A stretch of DNA of 63,960 nucleotides, counting the filler, from an uncultured bacterium (GTDB taxonomy: Bacteria > Latescibacterota > UBA2968), in assembly GCA_964471275.1 (NCBI GenBank). It is 10 parts of 10 records of this genome, joined end to end, with 100 filler letters (N's around TTAATTAATTAA, not from the genome) between each part and the next. Parts side by side here need not be neighbours in the genome. Positions count along the whole stretch, not along the records: positions 1 to 6,695 come from CAYYGZ010000245.1; positions 6,796 to 13,425 come from CAYYGZ010000246.1; 8 more parts are not named here. One strand, 5' to 3'. Positions within the stretch are counted from its first letter, which is position 1. Each line of letters begins with the position of its first letter. The position numbers and the translations under genes were made by a program. This document shows, piece after piece, positions 1 to 10,848 of this stretch. The notes under the pieces were generated by a model that searched no databases, was not told the DNA's origin, and saw only the letters and a program-made list of their open reading frames with translations.

Positions 1-109
1 GCTCGCTATCTTCTGCTGAGGCCACGTGGAACCCGCTTCAGTGAGCCACACTCCCGTATTTCCCGCGTTCTCCGTGGCTAGGAAATTCGATCACACAAAG
101 GATGTTGAA

Positions 110-1195
110 ATGAGCCACGACCTCCCGAAAAGAATGCCCGCCGTCATCTGTCACGCTCCCGAAGATTACAGGCTGGAAGAGCACGATGTCCCGACACCCG
201 GTCCTGGCGAAATCGTCATCCGAGTCGATTCCGTCGGGATCTGTGCCAGCGATCTGAAGTGTTACCTGGGAGCTCCACTATTCTGGGGTGACGAACACCG
301 CGAGGGATACTGCCAGGCTCCGATCATCCCGGGTCACGAGTTTGTTGGAACAGTTGCAGCCCTGGGTGAGGGAGCTGGCAAGAAGCACGGCCTGTCGCTC
401 GGAGACCACGCGGTGTCCGAGCAGATTGTCCCGTGTGGTGATTGCCGCTACTGTCAGCGCGGTCAGTACTGGATGTGTGACGTCCACGACATCTACGGCT
501 TCCGCAGGGCAACCTTCGGGGCTATGGCCCAATACATGAAGTTCCCGGCTAAAGCGCTCAACTACAAGGTTCCTGAATCGATTCCGGCGCACCACGCTGC
601 CTTTGTCGAGCCGCTGGCCTGCTCGATCCACGCCGTTCAGCGCGGCGATATCGAGCTTCAGGACGTCGTCGTCATCGCTGGCGCCGGCCCTCTCGGTCTC
701 GGTATGATCGCCGCTGCACGCGCGAAGAGCCCAGCTCTCCTGATTTCACTTGATATGAATGACCAGCGACTTGAGATCGCCAGGGCGTGCGGAGCAGACC
801 TAGGTCTCAATCCCTCGAAAACCGACGTAGACGACGAAGTACGCGCGCTCACCGAAGGCTATGGCTGTGACGTCTATATCGAAGCCACGGGACATCCGGC
901 CGCCGTCCAGCAGGGCCTCCAGATGATCAGAAAGCTCGGGACATTCGTCGAATTCAGCGTCATGCGAGAACCCGTGACCGTCGATTGGACCATCATCGGC
1001 GACTCAAAGGAGCTCAACATACACGGGGCCCATCTCGGCCCCCATTGTTACCCTGTCGCGATCCGCATGATCGAGCAGGGCCTCATGCCCCTCGACGACA
1101 TCGTCACGCACCGCCTTCCCCTTGCCGAGTTCCAGAAGGGGATAGACCTTGTGGCGGCCGGCCGGGATTCCATCAAGGTTACGCTAGAACCATGA
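110..1195 (+). CDS. eltD: Zn-dependent polyol dehydrogenase, erythritol/L-threitol dehydrogenase-like
   Basis: GICASDLKC, GHEFVG, structural-Zn CGDCRYC...C and GAGPLG motifs. FWGDE and DWTIIGDSKEL...HLGP segments recall M. smegmatis EltD. ATG at 110. Confidence 0.75.
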   Translation: MSHDLPKRMPAVICHAPEDYRLEEHDVPTPGPGEIVIRVDSVGICASDLKCYLGAPLFWGDEHREGYCQAPIIPGHEFVGTVAALGEGAGKKHGLSLGDHAVSEQIVPCGDCRYCQRGQYWMCDVHDIYGFRRATFGAMAQYMKFPAKALNYKVPESIPAHHAAFVEPLACSIHAVQRGDIELQDVVVIAGAGPLGLGMIAAARAKSPALLISLDMNDQRLEIARACGADLGLNPSKTDVDDEVRALTEGYGCDVYIEATGHPAAVQQGLQMIRKLGTFVEFSVMREPVTVDWTIIGDSKELNIHGAHLGPHCYPVAIRMIEQGLMPLDDIVTHRLPLAEFQKGIDLVAAGRDSIKVTLEP

Positions 1196-1196
1196 T

Positions 1197-1276
1197 GCAG
1201 GGGAGCAAAGGCGCAGGGAGCAGAGGGGACAAACCGGTTTTCACCCCTGCTCCCTGCGCTCCTGCCCCTCTGCTGC
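1197..1276. repeat. REP-like intergenic inverted repeat (GGGAGCAG type)
   Basis: gcgcagggagcagagggga (1211-1229) pairs with cccctgctccctgcgc (1244-1259), directly after the stop codon. Confidence 0.6.
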
Positions 1277-1324
1277 TTACTGATAGAATGACTGACTAAT
1301 GATCTTGTTTTCAATCGTGGGACA

Positions 1325-2188
1325 ATGATAGAGAACTATCATCTAGGACTACCCACGTGGGCGCACAAGCTCTGGACCGGGGGGTTCTACGCACCAAGAA
1401 CCCCACAGAACAAGCTGCTGGCAGAATACGCCAGCGTCTTTAACACAGTCGAGGGTAACACGACCTTCTACGCCAGTCCGAAGCCTTCGACCATCGAGCG
1501 ATGGAAGGAGCAGGCTGGTGATCATTTCAGGTTCTGCTTCAAATTCCCACAGGTCATCACACACCAGAGAAAGCTCAGAAACGTTCGCCGTGAGGTCATC
1601 GAGTTCCTCCAGCTGCTCGAACCGATGGAACACTTGCTGGGTCCCTTTCTCATAGGGCTCCCTGCCACATTCGACCCCCGTTCGATGGATGCGCTGGCGG
1701 ATTTCCTGAACCTTCTCCCGTCCGACCGCGCTTATGCCGTCGAATTCCGGCACCCGGCGTTCTTCAATGACGCCGAGAAGGATACGAACCGGTTCCTCGA
1801 GGATCGCCACGTCGATCGTGTGCTTTTCCACACGGACACGCTTCTGAGCGTCGAGACAGATGACCCGGGACTCATCGAGTCGTAGCGTCAGAAGCCGTGT
1901 GTTCCGCACCGCACGTACGCGACCGGATCTCACTCCTTCGTTCGCTTCGTTGGGCCTCCGCAAGTGGCGGACAACCATACGCCTATTGAACGGTGGACGG
2001 AGGTAGTCGCCTCGTGGCTTCAGGAGGGTCGTAAACCATATTTTTTCGTACATCACGCGCCGTCCGATTTCTACGCTCCAAGGATTGCCGCCGATTTTCA
2101 CGAAATGCTTGCCACAAGGGCCGATGTTGGTGATTTGCCCGACTGGCCCATTGATCGTCACAATCACGACCAACTCAATCTGTTCTAG
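1325..2188 (+). pseudogene. DUF72 (YecE-like) protein interrupted by an in-frame TAG
   Basis: FNTVEGNTTFYA, FCFKFPQVITH and AVEFRH motifs. ORFs 1325-1885 and 1964-2188 are in the same frame. TAG at 1883-1885 in IES*RQKP, where homologs have Q (AQRKKP). Confidence 0.8.
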
Positions 2189-2288
2189 AGGCGAGACCCG
2201 ATTTCAGAATGCAGGGCAGCATTCTCGATGTACCCTAACCGAAGTGCGATACCCCACACCTTTGTGACTACATCGGAGTTGTAGAGAG

Positions 2289-3407
2289 ATGAACGAAATC
2301 CTCGGGTCAGGACGTCTCGCCGAGCTTCCCAGCTTGCTGGAATCACGATCCGCTCAGTCGTGCTTCATCATTGCCGATCCTGGTGCATACGAAGCTTCCG
2401 GCGTGAATGAACGGCTGAAGATCCTTCTCGCGGGAATGGACTTCACCGTCTTTACCGACTTCGCGCCCAACCCGGACGAAGCATCGGTGGAAAGAGCGCT
2501 CACTGCCGCAAGACAGTCGGACAGCGAAAGTGTTCTGGCGGTCGGCGGCGGCACGTCAATAGACATCGCCAAGCTCGTTAGCTGTTGCCTCACCAGCGAT
2601 CTCGCACGAGTGATCTCTTCACCAGAACGGATCACACGAGACCTTCCTTTAATCGCGATCCCGACAACCGCGGGTACTGGCAGCGAAGCGACGCACTTCG
2701 CCGTTCTGTACATCAATGGCGTTAAGCATTCGATCGCGCACGAACGGCTTCTCCCTGATGCCTGCATCATCGATGCTCAGCTGCTGGAGAGTGTCCCGCG
2801 GTCAGTCGCGGCTCACACCGGACTCGATGCGTTCTGTCAGGCGATTGAATCGATCTGGAGCGTAAACTCAACCAATGAGTCCCGGCTGTGTGGCCTTGAG
2901 GCCCTTGGGCTCTCTTCCCTGAACCTCGAATCCGTAGTTAACCGACCCAACCATAGCTCGCGCGCTGCCATGGCCAGGGCCGCCCATCTATCAGGCAAGG
3001 CGATCAACATCAGCAAAACCACTGCTGCCCACGCCATTTCCTACACGCTGACATCAAAGTTCGGGATTCCACACGGACTGGCTGCCGCGCTCACGATCGG
3101 CTCGTGTCTGGTGTGGAATTCCAAAATTACCGAACAGGACTGTGTCGATGATCGGGGTGTCGCGCACGTGAGAAATTGCGTTGACGCCGTCGTGAAAAGC
3201 CTATCGTGCGATTCGGCCGAGCAGGCACGTGACAGGATCGCTGACCTGATCGGTGAAGTCGGCTGCCATACGCGCCTGAGCGACTTCGGTCTCACAGACG
3301 GAGAGATCGTAACGGTTGCAGGAGCGGTGAACACTGAAAGATTGGGAAACAACCCGAGGCGGCTCAACACATCGGATATCGAGAGCCTCTTGAGGAACCT
3401 CCTTTAG
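2289..3407 (+). CDS. Iron-containing alcohol dehydrogenase, phosphonoacetaldehyde reductase-like
   Basis: GGGTSIDIAK, AIPTTAGTGSEATHFAV, GKAINISKTTAAHAISY, GIPHG and C-terminal VNTERLGNNP, typical of the hydroxyethylphosphonate-forming subfamily. Confidence 0.75.
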   Translation: MNEILGSGRLAELPSLLESRSAQSCFIIADPGAYEASGVNERLKILLAGMDFTVFTDFAPNPDEASVERALTAARQSDSESVLAVGGGTSIDIAKLVSCCLTSDLARVISSPERITRDLPLIAIPTTAGTGSEATHFAVLYINGVKHSIAHERLLPDACIIDAQLLESVPRSVAAHTGLDAFCQAIESIWSVNSTNESRLCGLEALGLSSLNLESVVNRPNHSSRAAMARAAHLSGKAINISKTTAAHAISYTLTSKFGIPHGLAAALTIGSCLVWNSKITEQDCVDDRGVAHVRNCVDAVVKSLSCDSAEQARDRIADLIGEVGCHTRLSDFGLTDGEIVTVAGAVNTERLGNNPRRLNTSDIESLLRNLL

Positions 3408-3435
3408 TCTGAGCGCCGCATAGACCGAGGACACT

Positions 3436-4593
3436 ATGGAATCACGACGCAACATCCCGGCCAGGGCCGGAAAGGTCGCCGCCGCAACCGTGGCAGCTCC
3501 CTGGATTTCTGGACCCGCCTTCGAAAAGGATCAGCCGAACGTGCTGTTTGTCGCGGTGGGCGATCTCAACGACTGGATCGGCTGGCGAGGCGAGGCGTTA
3601 CATTCACGCGCGCCTACTGCAACGCACCCGCCTACAACCCCTCGCGAGCAAGCCTGATGACCGGTCTGCGTCCGTCAACGACGGGCATCTACGGAAACCG
3701 CACCCCTGAGGTGGGCAAGACCGAACGCGGTCACCCTCGGACACATCTACGCGAGCACGGCTATCGCGTTACCGGACGGGGGAAGATCTTCAACGGCCGG
3801 TATCCGGATCCGGCCAACCTGGGACGCGTATGTAGGAAGGGGCAAAGACCCGGCTCCCCCGGAAGTATTTTGACTTGTTCCCTCCTGAATCCATCACGCT
3901 TCCCGAGATCGACAAGAATGACCTTGATGATGTACCCGGAATCGGGAAGCAATTCGCCAGGCCGAACGTGATCACAAGAGAGTTACCGAGTCGAACAATT
4001 GGCGAAAAGCAGTTTCAGGCTACCTGGCAAGCATAGCCTTCGCCGATGCCCGGATCGGGCAGCTGATGGAAGCCTTCGGCGCCAGTCCCGGCTGCGACAA
4101 CTCCGCCATTGTCTTCAGGGGCGACCACGATTGGCGTCTGGGAGAAAAGCTGCATTGGCGCAAGTTCTCTCTCTGGGAGAAGGCAACTCGTGCGCCGCTG
4201 ATCATCGCCGCACCGGACGTCACGACAGAGAACACTCGATCAGAGAGAACGGTCAGCTTCCTGGACCTCTACCCGACAATAGCGGACCTGTGTGGTGTGC
4301 CGGGGAGGAAGGAGTTCGAAGGGCACTCCCTCCGGCCCCTCCTTGCGAATCCGAAAGCTGACTGGAACAGACCGGCCGTGACGACGTGGGGCAAGGACAA
4401 TCACAGCATCCGGTCGGAACGATGGCGCTACACCCGCGACCGGGATGGGACGGAAGAGCTATACGATCACACATCCGACCCACTCGAGTGAACCAACCTG
4501 GCGGATCGGGCGGAGTCAGCAGACATCAAGGCAAAGCATGCTGCCTGGATCCCCGAGCTGAATGCGCCAGAGGCAAGACGCGATCGCACCTGA
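3436..4593 (+). pseudogene. Degraded sulfatase (iduronate/choline sulfatase-like)
   Basis: Fragments in several frames: PNVLFVAVGDLNDW, FTRAYCNAPAYNPSRASLMTG, DHDWRLGEKLHWRKFSLWE, EELYDHTSDPLE*. Frameshifts, deletions and stops. Confidence 0.85.
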
Positions 4594-4829
4594 CGAACCA
4601 CCGCAGGAAAAGGCAGGATGTGGCCCTCGCCGTAGCAAAATGCTTCCGGCTGCCCGATCTCTCCCCCTATCTGGTGCTGTATCCGCCAAACCTCTTCACG
4701 GACGGCTCCTTTGCCGTACGCAGAAAACCCCCGTCAAGTGATCTGACGAGGATCGTATACCACGCTGCCTGTACCTTTTCCCATGCTCCCCTGCTCGCTT
4801 CTTCTTTAGCTCTCTCCCCCTCCCGCTTC

Positions 4830-6212
4830 CTACGTCGTCCCCTGCACCCGGTTCAGTCCGTTCAGCGCCGCCACCCGATATGCTTCCGCCATCGTCGGAT
4901 AATTGAACGTCGTATTGATAAAGTACATGATGCTGTTCGCCTCGCCCTTCTGCGCGATGATCGCCTGACCGATATGAATGATCTCTGATGCCTGATAGCC
5001 GAAGCAGTGAATGCCCAGAAGCTGAAGCGTCTCTCGGTGAAACAGGAGCTTCAGCATCCCTGTCGTTCGACCCGTGATATGCGCGCGCGCCAGGTGCCGG
5101 AAGAACGCGTGACCGACCTCATACGGAATCTTCTTAGTCGTCAGTTCCTTCTCGTTCATACCGACCGAGCTGATCTCCGGAATCGTGTAGATACCTGTCG
5201 GCATGTGTGCAATTAGATTTATATCACCCACGCCCTCGACCAGGTGCGTCGACGCGAACCGACCTTGATCGTATGCCGCGCTCGCCAGGTTCGGAAATCC
5301 GACCACATCGCCGACGGCGTAGATATGCGGCAAAGCGGTCTGATAGTTCTCATTCACCACGATGGAACCACGTTCATCGGTCTCGACCCCGATCTCGTTC
5401 AGCCCGATTCCGTCAGAATTGCCCGTCCTTCCCTGGGCCCACAACAACACATCACTCCTGATCACCTTGTTCGACTTCAGATAGAGCCGGACCTCGTCAT
5501 CGTCCGCCTCCACACGGTCGTATTCTTCGTTATGTCTGATGACCGCGCCCTGGTCACGCAAATGATAGGCAAGCGCATCGATGATCTCGTCATCCAGGAA
5601 GGACAGGAGCTGCGGACGACTGTTGATGAGATTGACCTTGACGCGAAGACCACGGAAAATCGAAGCATACTCACAGCCGATCACGCCGGCGCCATAGATA
5701 GTGAGCGACTTCGGATTCTGGTCTGTCTTCAGCACTGAATCGCTGTCAAGGATGCGTGGATGACTGAAGTCGATATCAGGGGGGTGGTAGGAACGAGAGC
5801 CGGTCGCGACCAGAAAGCTGGCCGCAGTCATGCGTTCGGTCCCACCGTCGGTCATATCCACTTCGACAGTATGCGGATCGATGAACGAGCCGCGCCCGTG
5901 GAACACGCCCAGGTCATTCCGGACGTAGAAGCTCTGCCGGACATCCACTTGTTGCTGGATCACCGTCTCCGCACTGCTCAGCAGGCTCTGGTAATCCTGC
6001 TCCCTGAACGTCCCGTGGTCGGCCAGCATCTGGATCGATTGCCGTAGGGCTTTACTCGGAATCGTTCCTCGGTGCGTACAGTTCCCTCCGACCAGCGGCT
6101 TGTCCTCCACCATCGCCACTCGTTTGCCGGACTTCGCCGCCTTCATCGCAGCCCCCTCGCCTCCTGGACCGCTCCCGATCACGACGACATCATAGTCAAA
6201 CTTCTCAGCCAC
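4830..6212 (-). CDS. sthA: Soluble pyridine nucleotide transhydrogenase
   Basis: [64 protein letters not shown]. Confidence 0.95.
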   Translation of the reverse strand: MAEKFDYDVVVIGSGPGGEGAAMKAAKSGKRVAMVEDKPLVGGNCTHRGTIPSKALRQSIQMLADHGTFREQDYQSLLSSAETVIQQQVDVRQSFYVRNDLGVFHGRGSFIDPHTVEVDMTDGGTERMTAASFLVATGSRSYHPPDIDFSHPRILDSDSVLKTDQNPKSLTIYGAGVIGCEYASIFRGLRVKVNLINSRPQLLSFLDDEIIDALAYHLRDQGAVIRHNEEYDRVEADDDEVRLYLKSNKVIRSDVLLWAQGRTGNSDGIGLNEIGVETDERGSIVVNENYQTALPHIYAVGDVVGFPNLASAAYDQGRFASTHLVEGVGDINLIAHMPTGIYTIPEISSVGMNEKELTTKKIPYEVGHAFFRHLARAHITGRTTGMLKLLFHRETLQLLGIHCFGYQASEIIHIGQAIIAQKGEANSIMYFINTTFNYPTMAEAYRVAALNGLNRVQGTT

Positions 6213-6298
6213 TCAGTTCCTTAGGTTTAGATTCTCACTCCAGCCCCCTGCGCCTTGCCCCACCGCGCAGATTGCGGCACGTGGAGATGGCTCTCCCA

Positions 6299-6695
6299 CT
6301 AGCTCCCCAGGATAATATTCCCGCCGCCTGGTGCTCCCCCCTGACCGGCCAGTCCCGGAGGTGCCGTCTTCGGAACGACAATCCGCGATGATTCCTGCCG
6401 CTGCATCTCCTTCGCCTCATCGATCATCTTGTCGATGGCAACCTTGATCGCGTCGGGGAACTTTTTGAGTGCATCCTGAAGTGAATCTGCCTCGATCTGC
6501 GTATTCACGGGAACAGGACCCATCTGCGACATAATATGGGCAGAGCCCGTGTAGATCGAAGGCCGTGAATCGTCATCGGTGCCATCCGTCTTGATCGGAA
6601 CGAGACGTCGAATTGAAGCTACCTTCAGATCCGTAAACGACTCTTCCCGGTAGAAATTATCCGCATCTACCTGGATCTGGTCGAGTCCTTGTTCG
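6299..6695 (-). CDS. Conserved hypothetical protein, 5' end truncated at contig edge
   Basis: Open frame from the contig end: ...DNFYREESFTDLKVASIRRLVPIKTDG...MSQMGPVPV...ESSRIVVP. Confidence 0.7.
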
Positions 6696-6795
6696 NNNNN
6701 NNNNNNNNNNNNNNNNNNNNNNNNNNNNNNNNNNNNNNNTTAATTAATTAANNNNNNNNNNNNNNNNNNNNNNNNNNNNNNNNNNNNNNNNNNNN
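6696..6795. other. Artificial contig linker
   Basis: N-run + TTAATTAATTAA (stops in all six frames) + N-run, 100 bp. Confidence 0.99.
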
Positions 6796-6796
6796 G

Positions 6797-8635
6797 GTCA
6801 AGGTGCTGGATGCGGTCTTCAGTTGCCAGGAGCTCGGCGAAGAGGATCCGAACCGCGGGAACTACCGGTGGTACTATGAGGATGACGGCGTCACGGATCA
6901 GAACGCCGCAGCCTTCTGTCTGTCCAGTCTGATCCCTATGATGATTCAGAATGGTGATCGCCTCCCTGCTGCCACCCGGGCAGCGGCGCGTGAATCGATC
7001 CGCCATGCCCTCGGCGCCGTGGCCGCCCTCGACGTCACGCTCCTCTACACAAACATCACCGTCAAAGACTTCGTAAACACCATCCTTGGCGGCCAGCTGC
7101 TCGAGGACGCAGCGTTCCTTGAACGCGGTCACAAGAAATTCATCGCCTGGATGCAGCTGACCGACACCAACGGCATCCCCGTCGAGTACAACAGTCCGAC
7201 CTACTATCGTGTAACGATCCGCGCGCTCAATCAGCTGGCTGAACTCGCAGCGGAACCCGATACGCGAAGTCGGGCGCGGACGGCACTCGCAAGGCTGGGT
7301 CTGTCGAAATCGCTCCGCATACACCCGAAGACACACCGGATGTCGGGACCTCATGGACGGGCGTATCAGAACACGATCGCGCTAACGGACCAACCCGAGC
7401 GCAAACAGGTCCTGCGTTGGGTTGAGGATGGCACAATGCCGCGATGGATGGTGCAGGCACTCGACCATCAGCCCGACGTGATGGAGATCCACGAGACCCC
7501 GCTGAGATCTCAGCAGGCAGTCATATCAACCCGCCATACCCCCGCCTACGCTTTTGGCCTTGCGACGCGGGAGTGGCCGATGCAGGCAAACGTCCTCTTC
7601 GCTCACTATCTACGTCCGGGGCGAGACAAGCACGGTGTCATCTACACCCGTTACCTGACGGATGACAAGTGGCTGGGGAGCTTCTACCACGAAACAGACA
7701 GACAATCGAACCGTAACCTGATCGACGAAGGCCGTTTCCTCGGCGTCCAGAACGGGGGAAGCGCCATCGGCGTCTACTCGCTCACAAAGCCGCGGGATGG
7801 CCGCACGCCGCGGCCCCTGAAGAGCGCAAAGGGCACGATCATCTGGTCTGACCACGCGGGAATCGAAGAAATCCACATCGGTGGCAAGCGTATCGAGACA
7901 CTGACTGTGGACGTCCCGGATGACGAAACCGTGGTCGTGATTTCGGGTACGATGATGTCCGCCGTGCGTCTGCTGGAGCGGACCCGGATCGGCGACGACA
8001 CGTCGGCCCGGATAGAACGACGCGGGAATGAACTCGTACTCGATATTTACAGTTACCGGGGAGATCAGCGGGAGCACCAGGCGATTCACGACGCTGCCGG
8101 TGGTACGCTATACAGCGCGTTCTATTTCGAGATCGCCGAACGAACTGCCTATGCGGATGCAGCGGCATTCAGTGAACACGTGGCGTCGGGCATCGTGACC
8201 GACAGGGAATCCAAGACCGACGACGGTCACAACCTGACCGTCACCTACAAACGACCCGATCGAACGCTCGGGGTTGACATCTCGCTGGACAAGTGGACGT
8301 TGACTCGGCGATGGGCCGAGGACGGTGACCTGGGTTACCCAATGCTCGAGTCACCGATTGCGCGACAGAACCGGAAGGGCCGGGTCGAGGTCGGGGATGC
8401 AAGTCTGGATTGCGGCAGGGAGGCAGGCTGGCTGTTCGCGCCGGGTACGGATACCTATGTAGCGGGTTACCACGGACTGAAACCGGCACCGCTGGCCCTG
8501 ACCGTTCCGAACGGCAGAGTAGAGATCGAAGCGATGGGCACGGGGACGGTCGTATGGAAGGACGGTAAGGTCACCGTCGACGCGATCGGACTGATTGGCA
8601 CCCCGACGGTGACCGGAGGAACGCTGATAGAGTAG
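6797..8635 (+). CDS. Uncharacterised protein, paralog 1 of a tandem triplet (heparinase II/III-like motifs), 5' partial
   Basis: Long ORF sharing CQE..DP..GN.W..ED, YTNI, EYNSPTY, GPH.RAY, RYLTDDKWLG and DEGRFLGVQ with the next two ORFs. Confidence 0.85.
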   Translation, partial: VKVLDAVFSCQELGEEDPNRGNYRWYYEDDGVTDQNAAAFCLSSLIPMMIQNGDRLPAATRAAARESIRHALGAVAALDVTLLYTNITVKDFVNTILGGQLLEDAAFLERGHKKFIAWMQLTDTNGIPVEYNSPTYYRVTIRALNQLAELAAEPDTRSRARTALARLGLSKSLRIHPKTHRMSGPHGRAYQNTIALTDQPERKQVLRWVEDGTMPRWMVQALDHQPDVMEIHETPLRSQQAVISTRHTPAYAFGLATREWPMQANVLFAHYLRPGRDKHGVIYTRYLTDDKWLGSFYHETDRQSNRNLIDEGRFLGVQNGGSAIGVYSLTKPRDGRTPRPLKSAKGTIIWSDHAGIEEIHIGGKRIETLTVDVPDDETVVVISGTMMSAVRLLERTRIGDDTSARIERRGNELVLDIYSYRGDQREHQAIHDAAGGTLYSAFYFEIAERTAYADAAAFSEHVASGIVTDRESKTDDGHNLTVTYKRPDRTLGVDISLDKWTLTRRWAEDGDLGYPMLESPIARQNRKGRVEVGDASLDCGREAGWLFAPGTDTYVAGYHGLKPAPLALTVPNGRVEIEAMGTGTVVWKDGKVTVDAIGLIGTPTVTGGTLIE

Positions 8636-8738
8636 CCCGAAGAAATGTCGAAGGACCCTCCGGTGTTCGGAGTTCGACATTCGGTGTTCGATATTGCCTT
8701 TCACAATTCTGGAATCGAGCAGTCACCCAAGGAGAACG

Positions 8739-10802
8739 ATGGAGCCTCTGGACCTACCCCGTAACTTCAACCCTGACACAAACATGCTAGGTCGCGAAGT
8801 GGACGGAAATCAGTTTCACGCACCGATCCCGGCACTCACGTTTGCCTACAGCCTCGTCGAGAATGGCACACCCGAGAACCTTGCACAGGCGGAAAAGACG
8901 ATCGCGGCCGTACTTGAATGTCAGGAGACCCGGACCGGCGATCCGCACTGCGGCAACTTTCTCTGGGAGCGAGAAGACCAGGTGGTCGAGGATCTGAACG
9001 CGGTGCAATTCATCCTGTTCAGTCTGATCCCGATCCTGATCCAGTGGCCAGACCGCCTGTCAGGAGAACTGCAGGACAGGATGACCGATGCCATCCGTCT
9101 GGGGCTGGATGAAATCACACGGATCGATGTTCATCCTGAATACACGAACATCGTTCTGAAAGACATCACCAACTCCTGTCTGGGCGGAGAGCTGCTCCAG
9201 GACGAGTCGACCGCACAGCGCGGCTACGACAAGCTCGTTCGCTGGATCCGTTATACGAGCAAATCGGGAATCCCGTCCGAGTTCAACAGCCCGGGGTACG
9301 CGCGTGTGGCCATCCGCGTCCTGAAGCGACTGACTGACCTCGTCGAGCATTCACCAACGCGCTTCAGGGCACAGGCCTATCTCTCCAGACTGGGATTGAG
9401 CATCGCACTTCGCGTGTCGACTTCCACGGGGCAGTGGGCGGGACCTTACAGCCGGGCGTATCTCGACCAGATGTGGGGGCAGAGCGATCTTCACCTCGGT
9501 GCCCTAGAAGAATGGATCGCAGATGGCATCCTCCCCGATTGGCTGTCGACGGTCCTCGAGATCCGTCCAAGTCACTACCGTGTGAACGAAACCGCCGACC
9601 ATAAGAATAAAGTCGCCATATCCACCTACCACTCACCCGTCTTCGACTTCGGCATTGCTTCACAGGAACTGACGACACAGTCGATTCGCTTCATCGCTCT
9701 GCAGTCGAACGTCTGTATCGCTCACTATACACGGCCTCACGATCGACCGCCCGGCCTGTTCCTCTCACGCTACCTTACAGACGATCACTGGGTTGGTGAC
9801 TTCCGACAGACACCGTCCCGCTCGGCAAGCCTGCTGGCTGAGGAGGGTCGCTTCCACGGTGTTCAGGATGGCCCGCGCGCAATCTGTCTCTATGCGCCGA
9901 GGGACCCGGGATCCGGAGACTACGGTGTAGACGGCTGGAACCGGTGCGAGAGTGCCAAGGCGGCTCTGATCTGGGATCGGGTCGACCTCATCGACCAGAT
10001 CTGGGTCAATGACCGCCAGGTAGCGGATCTTCCCTGCGACGTTCCACGAGATGCAACAATTGTGGTGGCCACGGGTGACGTCCTCTTCGCGATTCGGCCG
10101 TTGACCATTCAGGATCTCGGTATCAACGCACCCGTCCGGCTGATCGAACGACACGGGAATCTGTTTTTCGAAATGTATAACTATGAGGGACCAGAGAAGT
10201 CGTTCTGGGAGCAGGCTCAGCCCAGTTCCTTCTTCCAGGGCCTGCCCCAGTGCGGCTACTACCTGGAGCTTGCTGATCAATCCGAACACCCTGATGCCAG
10301 CGCGTTCTGCCGGCGCGTATCCGAGGGTATCATCGTCGACAAATGTGATGCGCCGTCCACCTACGAAGAAGGCAAGGAGCGTCTCTGGAAAGTCAGCTAC
10401 AGTCGCGATCACCTGGAGGTCGGCATCGAAGTCGACCTGATGAACTGGAAGCTCAAGCGACGCTGGAATGATCGCGGAAAGGACATCTTTCCGACGCTCG
10501 ATTCACCCTTCGCCCGCGGCAACCGATCCGGACGCGTGGAGATCGGGCCCGCCCGGCTCGACTGTGGGAAACAGGGCGCCTGGTTGTTCGCCGCACGTAA
10601 GAAGCGATACTGGGTCGCCGGCTATCACGGTACCACCCCAAGGCCTCTGACGCTCTCTGTGCCGGACGGCGAGGTCAAAGTGAAAGGTCTGGCGTCAGGT
10701 ACAATCATCTGGGACAACGGAAACGTTACCATCGAGGCTGCTGAGGTGAAGGGCAAGCCCAGAATCTCCGGCGGCGAGCTGGTCTCTCTAATCACCGGCT
10801 GA
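8739..10802 (+). CDS. Uncharacterised protein, paralog 2 of the triplet
   Basis: ATG at 8739 after an AAGGAG SD. Same motifs (YTNI, EFNSPGY, GPYSRAY, RYLTDDHWVG). No signal peptide visible. Confidence 0.88.
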   Translation: MEPLDLPRNFNPDTNMLGREVDGNQFHAPIPALTFAYSLVENGTPENLAQAEKTIAAVLECQETRTGDPHCGNFLWEREDQVVEDLNAVQFILFSLIPILIQWPDRLSGELQDRMTDAIRLGLDEITRIDVHPEYTNIVLKDITNSCLGGELLQDESTAQRGYDKLVRWIRYTSKSGIPSEFNSPGYARVAIRVLKRLTDLVEHSPTRFRAQAYLSRLGLSIALRVSTSTGQWAGPYSRAYLDQMWGQSDLHLGALEEWIADGILPDWLSTVLEIRPSHYRVNETADHKNKVAISTYHSPVFDFGIASQELTTQSIRFIALQSNVCIAHYTRPHDRPPGLFLSRYLTDDHWVGDFRQTPSRSASLLAEEGRFHGVQDGPRAICLYAPRDPGSGDYGVDGWNRCESAKAALIWDRVDLIDQIWVNDRQVADLPCDVPRDATIVVATGDVLFAIRPLTIQDLGINAPVRLIERHGNLFFEMYNYEGPEKSFWEQAQPSSFFQGLPQCGYYLELADQSEHPDASAFCRRVSEGIIVDKCDAPSTYEEGKERLWKVSYSRDHLEVGIEVDLMNWKLKRRWNDRGKDIFPTLDSPFARGNRSGRVEIGPARLDCGKQGAWLFAARKKRYWVAGYHGTTPRPLTLSVPDGEVKVKGLASGTIIWDNGNVTIEAAEVKGKPRISGGELVSLITG

Positions 10803-10848
10803 TCTCGACCAGGACGTCATCCTACTGAAAACAAAAAGAAAGCACCCG

